Below, piece by piece: positions 7,721-17,015 of a stretch of 27,226 nucleotides of DNA. The DNA is from Microcoleaceae cyanobacterium. Its GTDB lineage: Bacteria > Cyanobacteriota > Cyanobacteriia > Cyanobacteriales > Microcoleaceae. The DNA lies in the NCBI GenBank assembly GCA_051652765.1, contig JBOFUV010000150.1:1-27226 (forward strand), written 5' to 3'. A program made the position numbers and the translations under genes. The notes beneath the pieces were generated by a model. That model saw only the letters and a program-made list of their open reading frames with translations, searched no databases and was not told where the DNA came from. Positions within the stretch are counted from its first letter, which is position 1; every line of letters begins with the position of its first letter.

Positions 7721-8053
7721 CTAGCTAGCTTCCGTCCAGAGGAGCTTAATTCTTTGGGCAAAACTACCCTTCTCAGCTCGCTTCTGATCTCGTTCTAACA
7801 AAACTATCTCCAAGGAAATTCCATAACTTTCGAGGAGTGCGTCAACAACATCTAACAAATCAGCCAGTTCTGTTGCTAACTGAGGTTCAGCAGCAATTAC
7901 TGCTTCGTGAGCCTCCTCCAGCAGTTTGTTTCGTAATGCTTGGCGATATTCTGCTTCTGAAAGGGTAACTGTATTACACTCATGGCCTGCCTTACGAATC
8001 AGGTCAGGGATGTGATCGCGCACAAGCTTGTTATATTCCTGTCGCACCGACAA
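7721..8053 (-). CDS. MazG-like nucleoside triphosphate pyrophosphohydrolase
   Basis: YNKLVRDHIP, KLLEEAHE, ELADLLDV and KRAEKGSF motifs. TTG start preceded by AGAGGAG. Confidence 0.85.
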   Translation of the reverse strand: MSVRQEYNKLVRDHIPDLIRKAGHECNTVTLSEAEYRQALRNKLLEEAHEAVIAAEPQLATELADLLDVVDALLESYGISLEIVLLERDQKRAEKGSFAQRIKLLWTEAS

Positions 8054-8156
8054 AACTCCTCTTTACCGACAAAACTTTGTAGCTAACAGATTTATAGCTA
8101 ACAGAGGTTATATTTTTTACAGTAAGCTAATTTACCCTAACATGCCTTGAACTGGA

Positions 8157-8957
8157 ATGAAACCTTACAATTCACTTCTGAAATTAATAGCTTGGGGTTT
8201 GATAGTCTTAAGCGTTTCTCTAGGAATTTGCAATTGGCCATCTTCAGCCGCTGTTGTTCTATCAGACAGCACCTATCAAAATAGCACTGACCAAAATACT
8301 GACCAAAATAATGCCTATCAAAACACCTACCAAACTCGTCAAATTCACAGTCCAGACGGTATTGGGAAGTTCTATATGGGCCGAGAAATTGCCCAAGTTA
8401 TGGGGTATGAAGGTGCAGCTTGGTTAGAGCGAACGAGTCGATCAAATTCAGAACAACCTCAGCAGGTTCTGGCAGCACTTCAACTCAATTCAACAGATGT
8501 TGTGGCGGATATTGGGGCAGGAACAGGGTACTTTACATTTCGCATTAGCTCTTTGGTTCCAGAGGGCAAGGTCTTCGCTGTGGATGTACAACCCGAAATG
8601 CTTGACCTGATTAATTTTGTTAAAACCCAAGAAAATATCTCCAATATCGAAACTGTTCTAGGGCAAATAGACACGCCAAACCTGCCTATGCAGAAGATTG
8701 ATTTGGCCCTAATGGTTGATGCTTATCATGAGTTTGCCTATCCAAGGGAAATGATGAAAAATTTGGTTGCTGCTCTCAAGCCGGGGGGGAGAGTAGTGTT
8801 AGTTGAATATCGGGGAGAAAATCCGTTAATCCTGATTAAGGGATTACATAAAATGACTGAAAAGCAAGTGCGTAAAGAAATGAAGGCGGTGGGATTAAAC
8901 TGGATAAAAACTGATGAAACCCTACCTCAACAGCATTTAATAATCTTTAAGAAATAA
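8157..8957 (+). CDS. Class I SAM-dependent methyltransferase with N-terminal signal/TM segment
   Basis: VVADIGAGTGYF motif I, AVDVQPEM, MVDAYHEF and LKPGGRVVLVEY. Confidence 0.92.
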   Translation: MKPYNSLLKLIAWGLIVLSVSLGICNWPSSAAVVLSDSTYQNSTDQNTDQNNAYQNTYQTRQIHSPDGIGKFYMGREIAQVMGYEGAAWLERTSRSNSEQPQQVLAALQLNSTDVVADIGAGTGYFTFRISSLVPEGKVFAVDVQPEMLDLINFVKTQENISNIETVLGQIDTPNLPMQKIDLALMVDAYHEFAYPREMMKNLVAALKPGGRVVLVEYRGENPLILIKGLHKMTEKQVRKEMKAVGLNWIKTDETLPQQHLIIFKK

Positions 8958-8992
8958 CATCTAACACATAACATCTAACACATAACTTCTAA
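8954..8992 (+). repeat. 14-bp tandem repeat ATAACATCTAACAC x ~2.8
   Basis: Direct reading. It fills most of the gap between two genes. Confidence 0.85.
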
Positions 8993-8998
8993 ATCTTT

Positions 8999-9397
8999 AT
9001 GCTAAAAAAAAATATAGGGGTTTTTGGAGTATTTATGAGTGGGTTGGGATTGCTTTTGACCTTGGCCCAACCTCTGCTCGCTGAAGTTCCTGCTTTATGC
9101 GTAATTAATGAATCTGAAACCAATGATTTGAGTTTTCAACTATTTGACTGTAGTTATTCGCGATCGCAAATCCAATCAGAAAGAGTTGGATTTCAACTGG
9201 ATACCAATTCAGGCGTTTTAATCATCTTGTCAACTCGTCCAGGAGCAGAAGTTGTCATGCCCGATCCTGAACAAGTTAGCAACAGGATTGTTACACCTTG
9301 GATTGTAAAAAGGACTTCGCAAGTTAACGATAAAGTAAAGCTCACAATCTACAATCAGCAAACTCAAAAAACAGTCACAATTGATCTGAGTTTCTAA
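8999..9397 (+). CDS. Hypothetical exported protein
   Basis: 132 aa with a signal-peptide-like N-terminus (KK, hydrophobic core, LLA) and two Cys residues. Confidence 0.65.
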   Translation: MLKKNIGVFGVFMSGLGLLLTLAQPLLAEVPALCVINESETNDLSFQLFDCSYSRSQIQSERVGFQLDTNSGVLIILSTRPGAEVVMPDPEQVSNRIVTPWIVKRTSQVNDKVKLTIYNQQTQKTVTIDLSF

Positions 9398-9469
9398 GCA
9401 GGGGCTTTGTCCCCAACCTCCTCAGGACTTACGCAGTCAAAGTATCGAAAGTTCTGGCATAGTCAAACT

Positions 9470-10537
9470 TTAGGGAATGGGTCTGAGAAATAATCTGCCC
9501 TGGAACTCTGGGTGATTTGGCTTCAGCTCAAAGTGCCAATACTGTTCGTAGGCATTCAGAAAGCTCTGACCCAAAATTCCATCAACTTTCAGGACATCCA
9601 ACACGGAAGGGGAGGCCAGAATAACGGCTTCTAGGTTGGTCTGTTGATTCAGATCAAACTTGGATTTCAGAGTGACCTGAGCCAGAACTGATTGCTTTGC
9701 CTGATCCAGTCCGCAAAATCCTTGCACCTGAATCGGAGTTGTGGCCCCTAGGCGCAATTGATCTGCAAGCTGGGGAGAGATAAAAATAGTGTCCGCCCCA
9801 GTATCCAGCAAAAAAGTAAAAGGCCCTTTGCCATTAATTTCTACCTGGGCCAACAACACCCCTAAGCGACTTTGGAGGGGAATCCCGTAATCCAGGGTCT
9901 CTAGAGGCAAGGGTTGAGGAGACAGCAGTTGCAATTCCTGGGTTTGGGGATTGAGGTTGAGGTCAAAATACCGTAAAACATCCATCCCTAAAACTCCGGC
10001 CAGATCTTCTGGAATCACAGTGCTGGCAAATTCCAAGCCGTGCAATCCCTCTATCTGGATCTGACTGAGCGAAAGGGTTGGGAGCTGATGCCGAACTGCA
10101 CGCATGTCAGGACAGTCCTTTCCAGCAACAGCAGAGGTGAGGCGATCGCCAGGAATCGGTGTTCCGACTAGACCAAGTTCCTGAACCAGGGAAGTTGCGA
10201 TCAGAGTTGTGGAGGCCCCTGTGTCTAGCAAGAAACGCCCTGAAGTTTGCCCGATTTGCACGTCTAGGGCAAACACTTGGCCTCCCTGTAAACGATGTAG
10301 AGGGGCAATCGCCTGTCCTTTAATGGTTGCCGGGGGAAAATCCAACCCTTGGATCTGAATAATTGCCCCCAAATAGCCTAAGCGACTGACCTCCCCAGGA
10401 AAGTGATCTAGGAGTTGGAAAACCTGAGATTGAGGCAGGAGAAAGCTGGAAGACGGAGTTAAAGGTGCACTGAAAGCCTGAGATCCTGAAAATAACTCCC
10501 CTAAGGCTAAAATTGCCAGGACAACATTTGCTCTCAT
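9470..10537 (-). CDS. Aspartyl protease with two retropepsin-like (clan AA) domains, probably exported
   Basis: FLLDTGAS...GVLGMD and FLLDTGAD...GILGQS; signal-like N-terminus. Confidence 0.9.
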   Translation of the reverse strand: MRANVVLAILALGELFSGSQAFSAPLTPSSSFLLPQSQVFQLLDHFPGEVSRLGYLGAIIQIQGLDFPPATIKGQAIAPLHRLQGGQVFALDVQIGQTSGRFLLDTGASTTLIATSLVQELGLVGTPIPGDRLTSAVAGKDCPDMRAVRHQLPTLSLSQIQIEGLHGLEFASTVIPEDLAGVLGMDVLRYFDLNLNPQTQELQLLSPQPLPLETLDYGIPLQSRLGVLLAQVEINGKGPFTFLLDTGADTIFISPQLADQLRLGATTPIQVQGFCGLDQAKQSVLAQVTLKSKFDLNQQTNLEAVILASPSVLDVLKVDGILGQSFLNAYEQYWHFELKPNHPEFQGRLFLRPIP

Positions 10538-10575
10538 ATCCAGTCTACTTGAGCCATGGAATGACTTGGATTTTG

Positions 10576-11811
10576 CTACCAGGATATCTTATTAGCACCA
10601 AAATTTAAGCTAAACGCAATATTGAGCGTTTCTAGAGAATCCACCAACCACTTTACCCTGTTTTTGGGAAACACAGAATAGTGATTAAACAGGACTGAAA
10701 ATCGCTTTTCCAAATCCGACTTTACTTTGCGGCAGATTAGAATGACTTTCAAGAGCAGACCTGTAACGGGTGTTGCCCCCAGGTTATTGGTTAAGTCAAC
10801 AAAGACAAAGTGACTTGGCTCATAAGCACTTTCAACCACCATAAAATTCAGCAGCTTTCGACAGGTTCCTGTTAACAAGGTGTCATTCAACTTTTGACTG
10901 TCATTGTAAGAGAGTGTCTCTTGAAGGGTTGTGTAAAGCCTTTGATTAAAGCGATTACGACCGTACTTTGGATCAATTGATGCACTGAGATACTCGTAAA
11001 GATCTTCCTTGAAAGCTCGATAGGAAGGGGTGGTCTGAGTATGATTGAGAAAAAGTTTGGCTAGCTCAGGGTAAGTATGAACTCCATCAACCTTCCCAGT
11101 AAAGTGCTGAAGGGCTTCTCGGAACTTATGATCGCCCAGCAGGGTAGGATTGGGCGGAGGTTGCCACGTCAACCGGAGCTGTGAATCCTTGGGGGGTTGG
11201 CGGGTCATACACTGAAGTAGCTCTTGGTCAAATTGAGTTTGAGCCACATTTCGCATCTTGCGAATATCTTGCCGCTGTTCATCCGTACTCGCATCTGTGA
11301 GGAATACATGCTCATACAAGTAAGGATATCGCACGATCAAACCATCTAAGGTCTGAGATTCGCTAAACTGAGCATCCTTTTCTTGCTTGAGGGCATTTGC
11401 TAGCCGCTGAAGAGCTTGATAATGTTCGCTCTCCGTAAATCGCTTGACATGGGAGCGTAACCGCTTTGCTGTCCAACAGGGAGGTAAACCTGTGGGATTG
11501 ATTTCCAGAAGATCAACCAGTTCAGCAACAGCCCACCGCAAACGCGGTTGCGCCAACCAGCGGTTGATAAAAATATAGCAGCTCCGGTTCAGGATGAACG
11601 GAAATTCTTGTGGCGCATTATAGGAATCAACAATCCGACTCAAGGCTTGCCAAACTCGATCCTCAGGATATTCCTGTTCCCCCAAAAATAAACTCCGAAA
11701 GCGTTGAATAGCTTCTGTGGGGGCTTCGAATTCAGCAAAGGATTGCAGATGAGCATAAATCGCTTGCTCATCCGAAAATGTATGACTATTTAACCCACCA
11801 ACGCTAATCAC
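10576..11811 (-). CDS. Conserved helical hypothetical protein of cyanobacteria
   Basis: 411-aa ORF with conserved-looking blocks ILNRSCYIFINRW, RYPYLYEH, NPTLL, FKEDLYEYL and LEKRFSVLFNHY. Function not recognised. Confidence 0.8.
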   Translation of the reverse strand: MISVGGLNSHTFSDEQAIYAHLQSFAEFEAPTEAIQRFRSLFLGEQEYPEDRVWQALSRIVDSYNAPQEFPFILNRSCYIFINRWLAQPRLRWAVAELVDLLEINPTGLPPCWTAKRLRSHVKRFTESEHYQALQRLANALKQEKDAQFSESQTLDGLIVRYPYLYEHVFLTDASTDEQRQDIRKMRNVAQTQFDQELLQCMTRQPPKDSQLRLTWQPPPNPTLLGDHKFREALQHFTGKVDGVHTYPELAKLFLNHTQTTPSYRAFKEDLYEYLSASIDPKYGRNRFNQRLYTTLQETLSYNDSQKLNDTLLTGTCRKLLNFMVVESAYEPSHFVFVDLTNNLGATPVTGLLLKVILICRKVKSDLEKRFSVLFNHYSVFPKNRVKWLVDSLETLNIAFSLNFGANKISW

Positions 11812-12240
11812 AGCCTATCCTCTCAAGTTCTCAGGTACAGAATTCCTTTAGTTACTGGGCAGAAATCAAAAATAAACACAATCAGTCACGCTCACTTTAT
11901 GGATCGACTTCTAGCTTCCTTCACCACTCCCTGAATCAGTTAGAAGATGAAGCAATGACCTCTCGCTATTGAGGTAAGTCAACAAAGACACAAATGCCCA
12001 CGCCACTCACTTTTACTATTTTCTGACTATCTGCTATCCACTTCTAGGCCAAGGGATAAACGATCTCAATCAATCCAAAGCTCTATGACTACAACCAACA
12101 AAACCTTTCAATACTTATAGTTTAGCTGAAAGTTAAGAACGTCTTTGTAAAACTTCAATCAAATCAAAAACTCTCTCTGTAAAGCTTATGTAAAGTCTGG
12201 TGAAATCGAGCTGGCCCCCTAGGATTCCTCACCTCAAGAG

Positions 12241-15200
12241 CTAATCCCGACTGTTTAAATCAATCGCACCCAGGATTTTTAAAGTGGCTTTTTGAGCCGG
12301 AGTAATTCCAGTGACTCCTGTAATATTCATGCCATGGTAAGGCTTGTCTGTTCTGAGAATTTGGATGCATTCTTGAGTGTTAAGATTCCAAATCCGAATA
12401 GGTTGATTATGACTGCCACTAGCCAGAATTTGCAGCTCCAGACTGATGTGTGTTGACCAAGCGGCACTAGAATGTCCTGACAGAATTTTAATCGACTGTT
12501 CAGTCTGTCCAAGGCTTTCCCAACAATAGATTTCGCAACCCCGTGTTCCCGTAATCCAGAGGTATCCCTCTGGAGTGAACAGAACACCAAGCACCCGATC
12601 CGCTGATTCCTGCCAGGTTTTCAAACACTCTCCTCCGGGAACTGACCAGAGCTTTACAGTACAATCATAACTGCCACTGGCCAAAACTTGTCCGTCTGGG
12701 CTAAAGGCCAAGGCGTGAATTCGTTGGGTATGTCCCTCTAGAACTTGGCAACACTTGCCCGTTTCAACCTCCCAGATCCTGATAGTTTGATCGTAACTTC
12801 CCGTGGCCAATAGGGTGCCATCAGGGTTAAACGCAACAGATCCAACCCATCCCGTGTGGCCCGAGAGGGTTCGGAGACATTCTCCGGTTTTAATCTCCCA
12901 AATCCGGGCGGTTTGATCAGTGCTTACACTAGCCAGAAATCTTCCCTCAGGGCTAAAGGCCACGCCTTCAATCCGATCGAGATGGCCATGAAGCGTTTTG
13001 AGACATTCTCCGGTTTGGATCTCCCAAAGTTTTACCGTTTGATCATAACTGCCGCTGGCGAGGAGATGGCCTTGGAGATTAAACGCAACTGCCCAGACCC
13101 ATTCAGAGTGACCATGAAATCGCTTAATACATCGCCCTGTGGCAATATCCCACAACCTGACTTGTTGATCATCACTACCGCTGGCCAACAGCTTGCCGTC
13201 AGGGCTGAGCACAAATGACCAAACTTGATGGCGATGACCCCGGAGAGTGCGAAGACGTTGGCCGGTTTCAATGTCCCAAAGCTGTACCATCTGATCTTGA
13301 CTGCCTGTTGCCAGCACTCGACCGTTTGGATCGAACCCTAGAGAGCAGACTTGGCCTTCAAACCCAGACAAGGTTCTGAGGCAGTCTCCTGTCCTGACTT
13401 GCCACAGTTTCACCGTTTGATCATCACTGCTGCTGGCCAATAACTGACCCTCTGGGCCAAAAACTATTCCCCAGACAGAGTCTCGATGGCCCTGCAAGGT
13501 TTGGAAGCATTGGCCTTTGTTAACATCCCAGAGTCGGATCACGTTGTTGTCACAACTGCTAGCAATAATCTGGTGTTGGGTTTCTGGGGCCGAGCTGTCA
13601 TCTGAGGTAAAAGCAACAGTCCAGTTTAAACTTGTGTCTCCCGTGAAAGTGCCTAAGCATTCACCGCTATTCACGTCCCAGAGTCTGACGGTTTGATCTT
13701 CACCACAACTGACCAAGCAGGTTCCATCCGGGCTAAAGGCAACAGTCCGAACCGGTTCAGTATGTCCGTGCAGCCCTTGTATCCACTTGCCAAATTTCAC
13801 ATCCCACAGGCAAACCAGATGGTCGCTGCCCCCACTCGCTAGAAAACGGCCATCGGGACTAAAACAAACACAGTTAACGCTCTCACGATGGTGTTGACCG
13901 CGATGGAGACATTCCCCCGTTGCCGTGTCCCAGAGTCTGACTGTGCAGTCATCACTACCCGTGGCCAGTAAAGTCCCATTGAAATTAAAAGCAACTGACC
14001 GAACTTGACCTGTCTTTCCCTGACAGACTAAAAGTTGCTGTCCTTCTGCCACGCTCCAGAGTAGGATTTTGCCGTCCGCATCTCCCGTTGCCAACTGATT
14101 CTCTGGCCCTAGGGCAACCACTAATGCACTTCCTAAGGTCTTGGCAAAAATAGTGCGTGATAAATCGGCCCTTGCAAAATTGACACTTTGTAAATTTGCA
14201 TCCTGGAGATAGGCTTGCCAAACGGTCAAGCCCGAAAAATCGTAATCTGCCAAATCAAGGTTGAGTTCCTGGCACAGGTTGATTAAATTGCCCCCGGCAT
14301 AGCCTGAACTTCCTGAACGATTGGGGGTTCTCAAATGGTCAAGCAAGTGTTGGAACTTGGCTTCAAGTTCTCGCTGGAGGCGGTAGCAACTGGCCAAACG
14401 CTGCCCTAAGGGCTGAAGAATGACTCGCATCTGACTCTCGCGAATGTAATCTTTGGCTTGGGATTTGATCACTGCATAACGGTTCAGGAAAGCAATCTGT
14501 TCAGTTTGAATTTCGCCAAAAATCCTGTCAATCAACTGCTCAATGATGTATTCCATGACAACAGGCTGCTGAGTAAATCCGCCTGAATTTTTCTCAATCA
14601 GCGATCGCCGCCGGAGAGATTCCAAGGATTCAATCAGGTCTGTGGAAGAAACAGGAGACAAAATGTCTTGCCGAAGTTCAGCCAGAGAGACTGCCTCGCG
14701 GTTAATTGCCAGCCAATACATGATTTCCTGTTCAAACTCTGAGAGTCGCCCCAGTTGCTGCTCCAGCAGGTCTCGAATATCCCCAAATATGGCAGTTCCC
14801 TGCTGAATTTGCTCGAGAAATTCCCCAAGGTTACCACTGAATAAATCTTCAATAGTGGTGGTAACCATTTTCAGGGCGAGGGGATTCCCAGCATATTTTT
14901 CAATCAACCTCTGCCATTGCTCAGGAGATCCAGCAATCCCCTTAGCTTGGATCAGAGTTTGACAGTCTACGACCTCTAGTCCGGCCATGGGGAGCGATCG
15001 CACTTTCAGATATTTCCCTTCTGAGGCGGCAATTTCCCTCGGTTTTTCCCGACTGGTAATGACTAAACAACTTTTATGGCCCGTTTGCCCCAACCGTTTC
15101 AAGAGTTCGCCGTAATCCTCACAGCCTGGGATATAGCGCCCAACCCGATCTCCCTCTTGCAAAATGGATTCTGCATTGTCTAAAATCACCAGGCAACGGA

Positions 15201-15927
15201 ATGTTTTGAGCGCCTTGACCAAGAAGGAAATCTGACGATTCAGCTCAGCAGGCAGGGGAGTATCTGGGTCGTTGGTGAGAAATTGAATGATCTCTTCTAA
15301 CAGTTCACTTAAGGGGGGAGCATTGCGGAGCGATCGCCAAATCACACAGTCAAACTCATTCTGAACTTGATCGGCAAACTCAACTGAAAGTGAGGTTTTG
15401 CCAATGCCTCCCATGCCCAATAACGCAATGACCTGACAGTGTTCCTGCAATACCCACTGCTTTAGGGTCACCAACTCTTGCGATCGCCCACAAAATGTAG
15501 CAGCAGCGCTAGCTTCTCCCCAATCTACCCTGGGCTGAGGCGCTAAAGGAGCGACAGGAATCACGATAGACTGAGACTCTTTTGCGGAGGAACCTGGGAT
15601 CAGGGTGTTCCCAGCATGAATTGTCAGAGGAGCAGCCGATAGCAATGATGTTTTTGGGGAAGACGCTCCTTGGTAACGCTCAATGACCGTCCGAAGATTC
15701 GTCTTGCTGACGTGCTCACCGATCTCATCAGACAACAATCGCCATAATTTGGGGCCAACATCTTGTTTCAGGTACTCTGGCGTGCAGCGATATTCCAAAG
15801 CAATTTCATGATACTTTCGACGATACCAGGTTCCCTGAAGTACAGCCCTTTGAGCATCACTTAGATGTTTGCCAGTTCTTTCAAAGATCGCAGTATCGAC
15901 AATAGCAAGAGCTTCCTCAAAGTTCAT
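12241..15927 (-). CDS. STAND NTPase: N-terminal HTH, NB-ARC/NACHT, pentapeptide repeats and about 14 WD40 repeats
   Basis: Walker A GMGGIGKT, Walker B LVILDNAE, ITSRE, GNPLAL and repeated GH...SGS.D.TV[KR]LWD. Likely start is the ATG at 15927; the ORF track uses TTG at 15948. Confidence 0.95.
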   Translation of the reverse strand: MNFEEALAIVDTAIFERTGKHLSDAQRAVLQGTWYRRKYHEIALEYRCTPEYLKQDVGPKLWRLLSDEIGEHVSKTNLRTVIERYQGASSPKTSLLSAAPLTIHAGNTLIPGSSAKESQSIVIPVAPLAPQPRVDWGEASAAATFCGRSQELVTLKQWVLQEHCQVIALLGMGGIGKTSLSVEFADQVQNEFDCVIWRSLRNAPPLSELLEEIIQFLTNDPDTPLPAELNRQISFLVKALKTFRCLVILDNAESILQEGDRVGRYIPGCEDYGELLKRLGQTGHKSCLVITSREKPREIAASEGKYLKVRSLPMAGLEVVDCQTLIQAKGIAGSPEQWQRLIEKYAGNPLALKMVTTTIEDLFSGNLGEFLEQIQQGTAIFGDIRDLLEQQLGRLSEFEQEIMYWLAINREAVSLAELRQDILSPVSSTDLIESLESLRRRSLIEKNSGGFTQQPVVMEYIIEQLIDRIFGEIQTEQIAFLNRYAVIKSQAKDYIRESQMRVILQPLGQRLASCYRLQRELEAKFQHLLDHLRTPNRSGSSGYAGGNLINLCQELNLDLADYDFSGLTVWQAYLQDANLQSVNFARADLSRTIFAKTLGSALVVALGPENQLATGDADGKILLWSVAEGQQLLVCQGKTGQVRSVAFNFNGTLLATGSDDCTVRLWDTATGECLHRGQHHRESVNCVCFSPDGRFLASGGSDHLVCLWDVKFGKWIQGLHGHTEPVRTVAFSPDGTCLVSCGEDQTVRLWDVNSGECLGTFTGDTSLNWTVAFTSDDSSAPETQHQIIASSCDNNVIRLWDVNKGQCFQTLQGHRDSVWGIVFGPEGQLLASSSDDQTVKLWQVRTGDCLRTLSGFEGQVCSLGFDPNGRVLATGSQDQMVQLWDIETGQRLRTLRGHRHQVWSFVLSPDGKLLASGSDDQQVRLWDIATGRCIKRFHGHSEWVWAVAFNLQGHLLASGSYDQTVKLWEIQTGECLKTLHGHLDRIEGVAFSPEGRFLASVSTDQTARIWEIKTGECLRTLSGHTGWVGSVAFNPDGTLLATGSYDQTIRIWEVETGKCCQVLEGHTQRIHALAFSPDGQVLASGSYDCTVKLWSVPGGECLKTWQESADRVLGVLFTPEGYLWITGTRGCEIYCWESLGQTEQSIKILSGHSSAAWSTHISLELQILASGSHNQPIRIWNLNTQECIQILRTDKPYHGMNITGVTGITPAQKATLKILGAIDLNSRD

Positions 15928-16303
15928 GGCATACACAGATGCATCCAATAGTCAGCCGTCTCTATAGTCTAACCTGAGCTTTTTGGTCTTTTTCAGGGAT
16001 TTGCCCTTCGCCCTACAGGAAGCAGCCCTAAAAACAGCCTGAAGTGTTTGTCAAACGGTACTGTCCAAACTAAACAGATTTGACTAAGTCCCGTTCATCA
16101 CAGCCCCAAATAAATTACTTTCACAAGTTACGAAGATCATGTGTATTGTGCAAGTAAATTGTAAAAGCAAGTGGTGAAAGTAAGCTATAACAGTGCTCAA
16201 TGATTTGGAAGACTGAGTGGAGGAGCGTTGCCCATCCCTGAAGACAAAGTCCCCAAGCCCCTCTATAGTTTTCTCATGATCAAGGACAGCAACAATTTAA
16301 GAA

Positions 16304-16561
16304 TTATCCTTGAAACGACTTGGTTTGCTTTGACTTGGAGTCAAGGTCAAGAATACTCCCACACTGTTCTAACCAATCAAAAATTTGATCAAGTTGCTCC
16401 AGAGAAACTAGTCCATATTGCCACAGGATCATAGGTAACTGCTCAGAGTCATACTCAGGATGCTTTAACGCCATTGAAATTGAAGCGGCTGGAATTGCCA
16501 ACTCCCATCGCAAAAACTGAATCAACTTGGCCTGTTTGATCGAGACAACTCTAACTTTCAC
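16304..16561 (-). CDS. DUF2949 family small protein
   Basis: LIQFLRWELAI...LPMILWQYGLVSLEQLDQIFDWLE signature; GTG start with GGAGAAG upstream. Confidence 0.88.
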   Translation of the reverse strand: MKVRVVSIKQAKLIQFLRWELAIPAASISMALKHPEYDSEQLPMILWQYGLVSLEQLDQIFDWLEQCGSILDLDSKSKQTKSFQG

Positions 16562-16665
16562 GATTCTTCTCCAGTAGAATCTGGAATCTGAAAAATACCT
16601 GACTTAACATTATCAATTATTGAGGAGAACTAGAAGAACTTTGGTGATCAAAACCAAACTTAAAT

Positions 16666-16681
16666 TGTGATCTTCATCACG
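16666..16681. promoter_or_regulatory. CRP-family binding site
   Basis: aaatTGTGA-tcttca-TCACG matches TGTGA-N6-TCACA at 9/10 positions, about 105 nt upstream of the DUF2949 gene. Confidence 0.6.
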
Positions 16682-17015
16682 AACTTTCTGAAGACTTTTT
16701 TATATTTCACCCGACAATTCTAATCCTTAGATCTCTAATAAAGATTAGATTGAATCGTGAAGTAGCGTCATGATAGCGAATAAAAAAGTCAATTCGTCTA
16801 ATCACTAATTTTTTTTAATAAAACTTGATGGTTTTCCGCTCGATTGGGTAATAATGCAAGTCAGTTAATCAGTAGATCCACCGAATCTTGATTGATTGAA
16901 TCTACTGAGGATAAAAATTGGGGGACAGAACAGGACTTTCAGCAAGGGGAGTTAAACTGTTAAGGATTGACTACACAGTAGGTGTTTTTTTAGAAAGTGG
17001 GCAAGACGTTAACCT

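Noticed and set aside
8122..8135. NtcA-like GTA-N8-TAC (GTAAGCTAATTTAC)
   Set aside because: Only six informative bases, so expected by chance in AT-rich DNA. No properly spaced TAN3T box was found.
12178..12198. TGTAAAG direct repeat as an HLR1/RpaB site
   Set aside because: The repeat period is 11 rather than the 10 expected for HLR1; support is insufficient.
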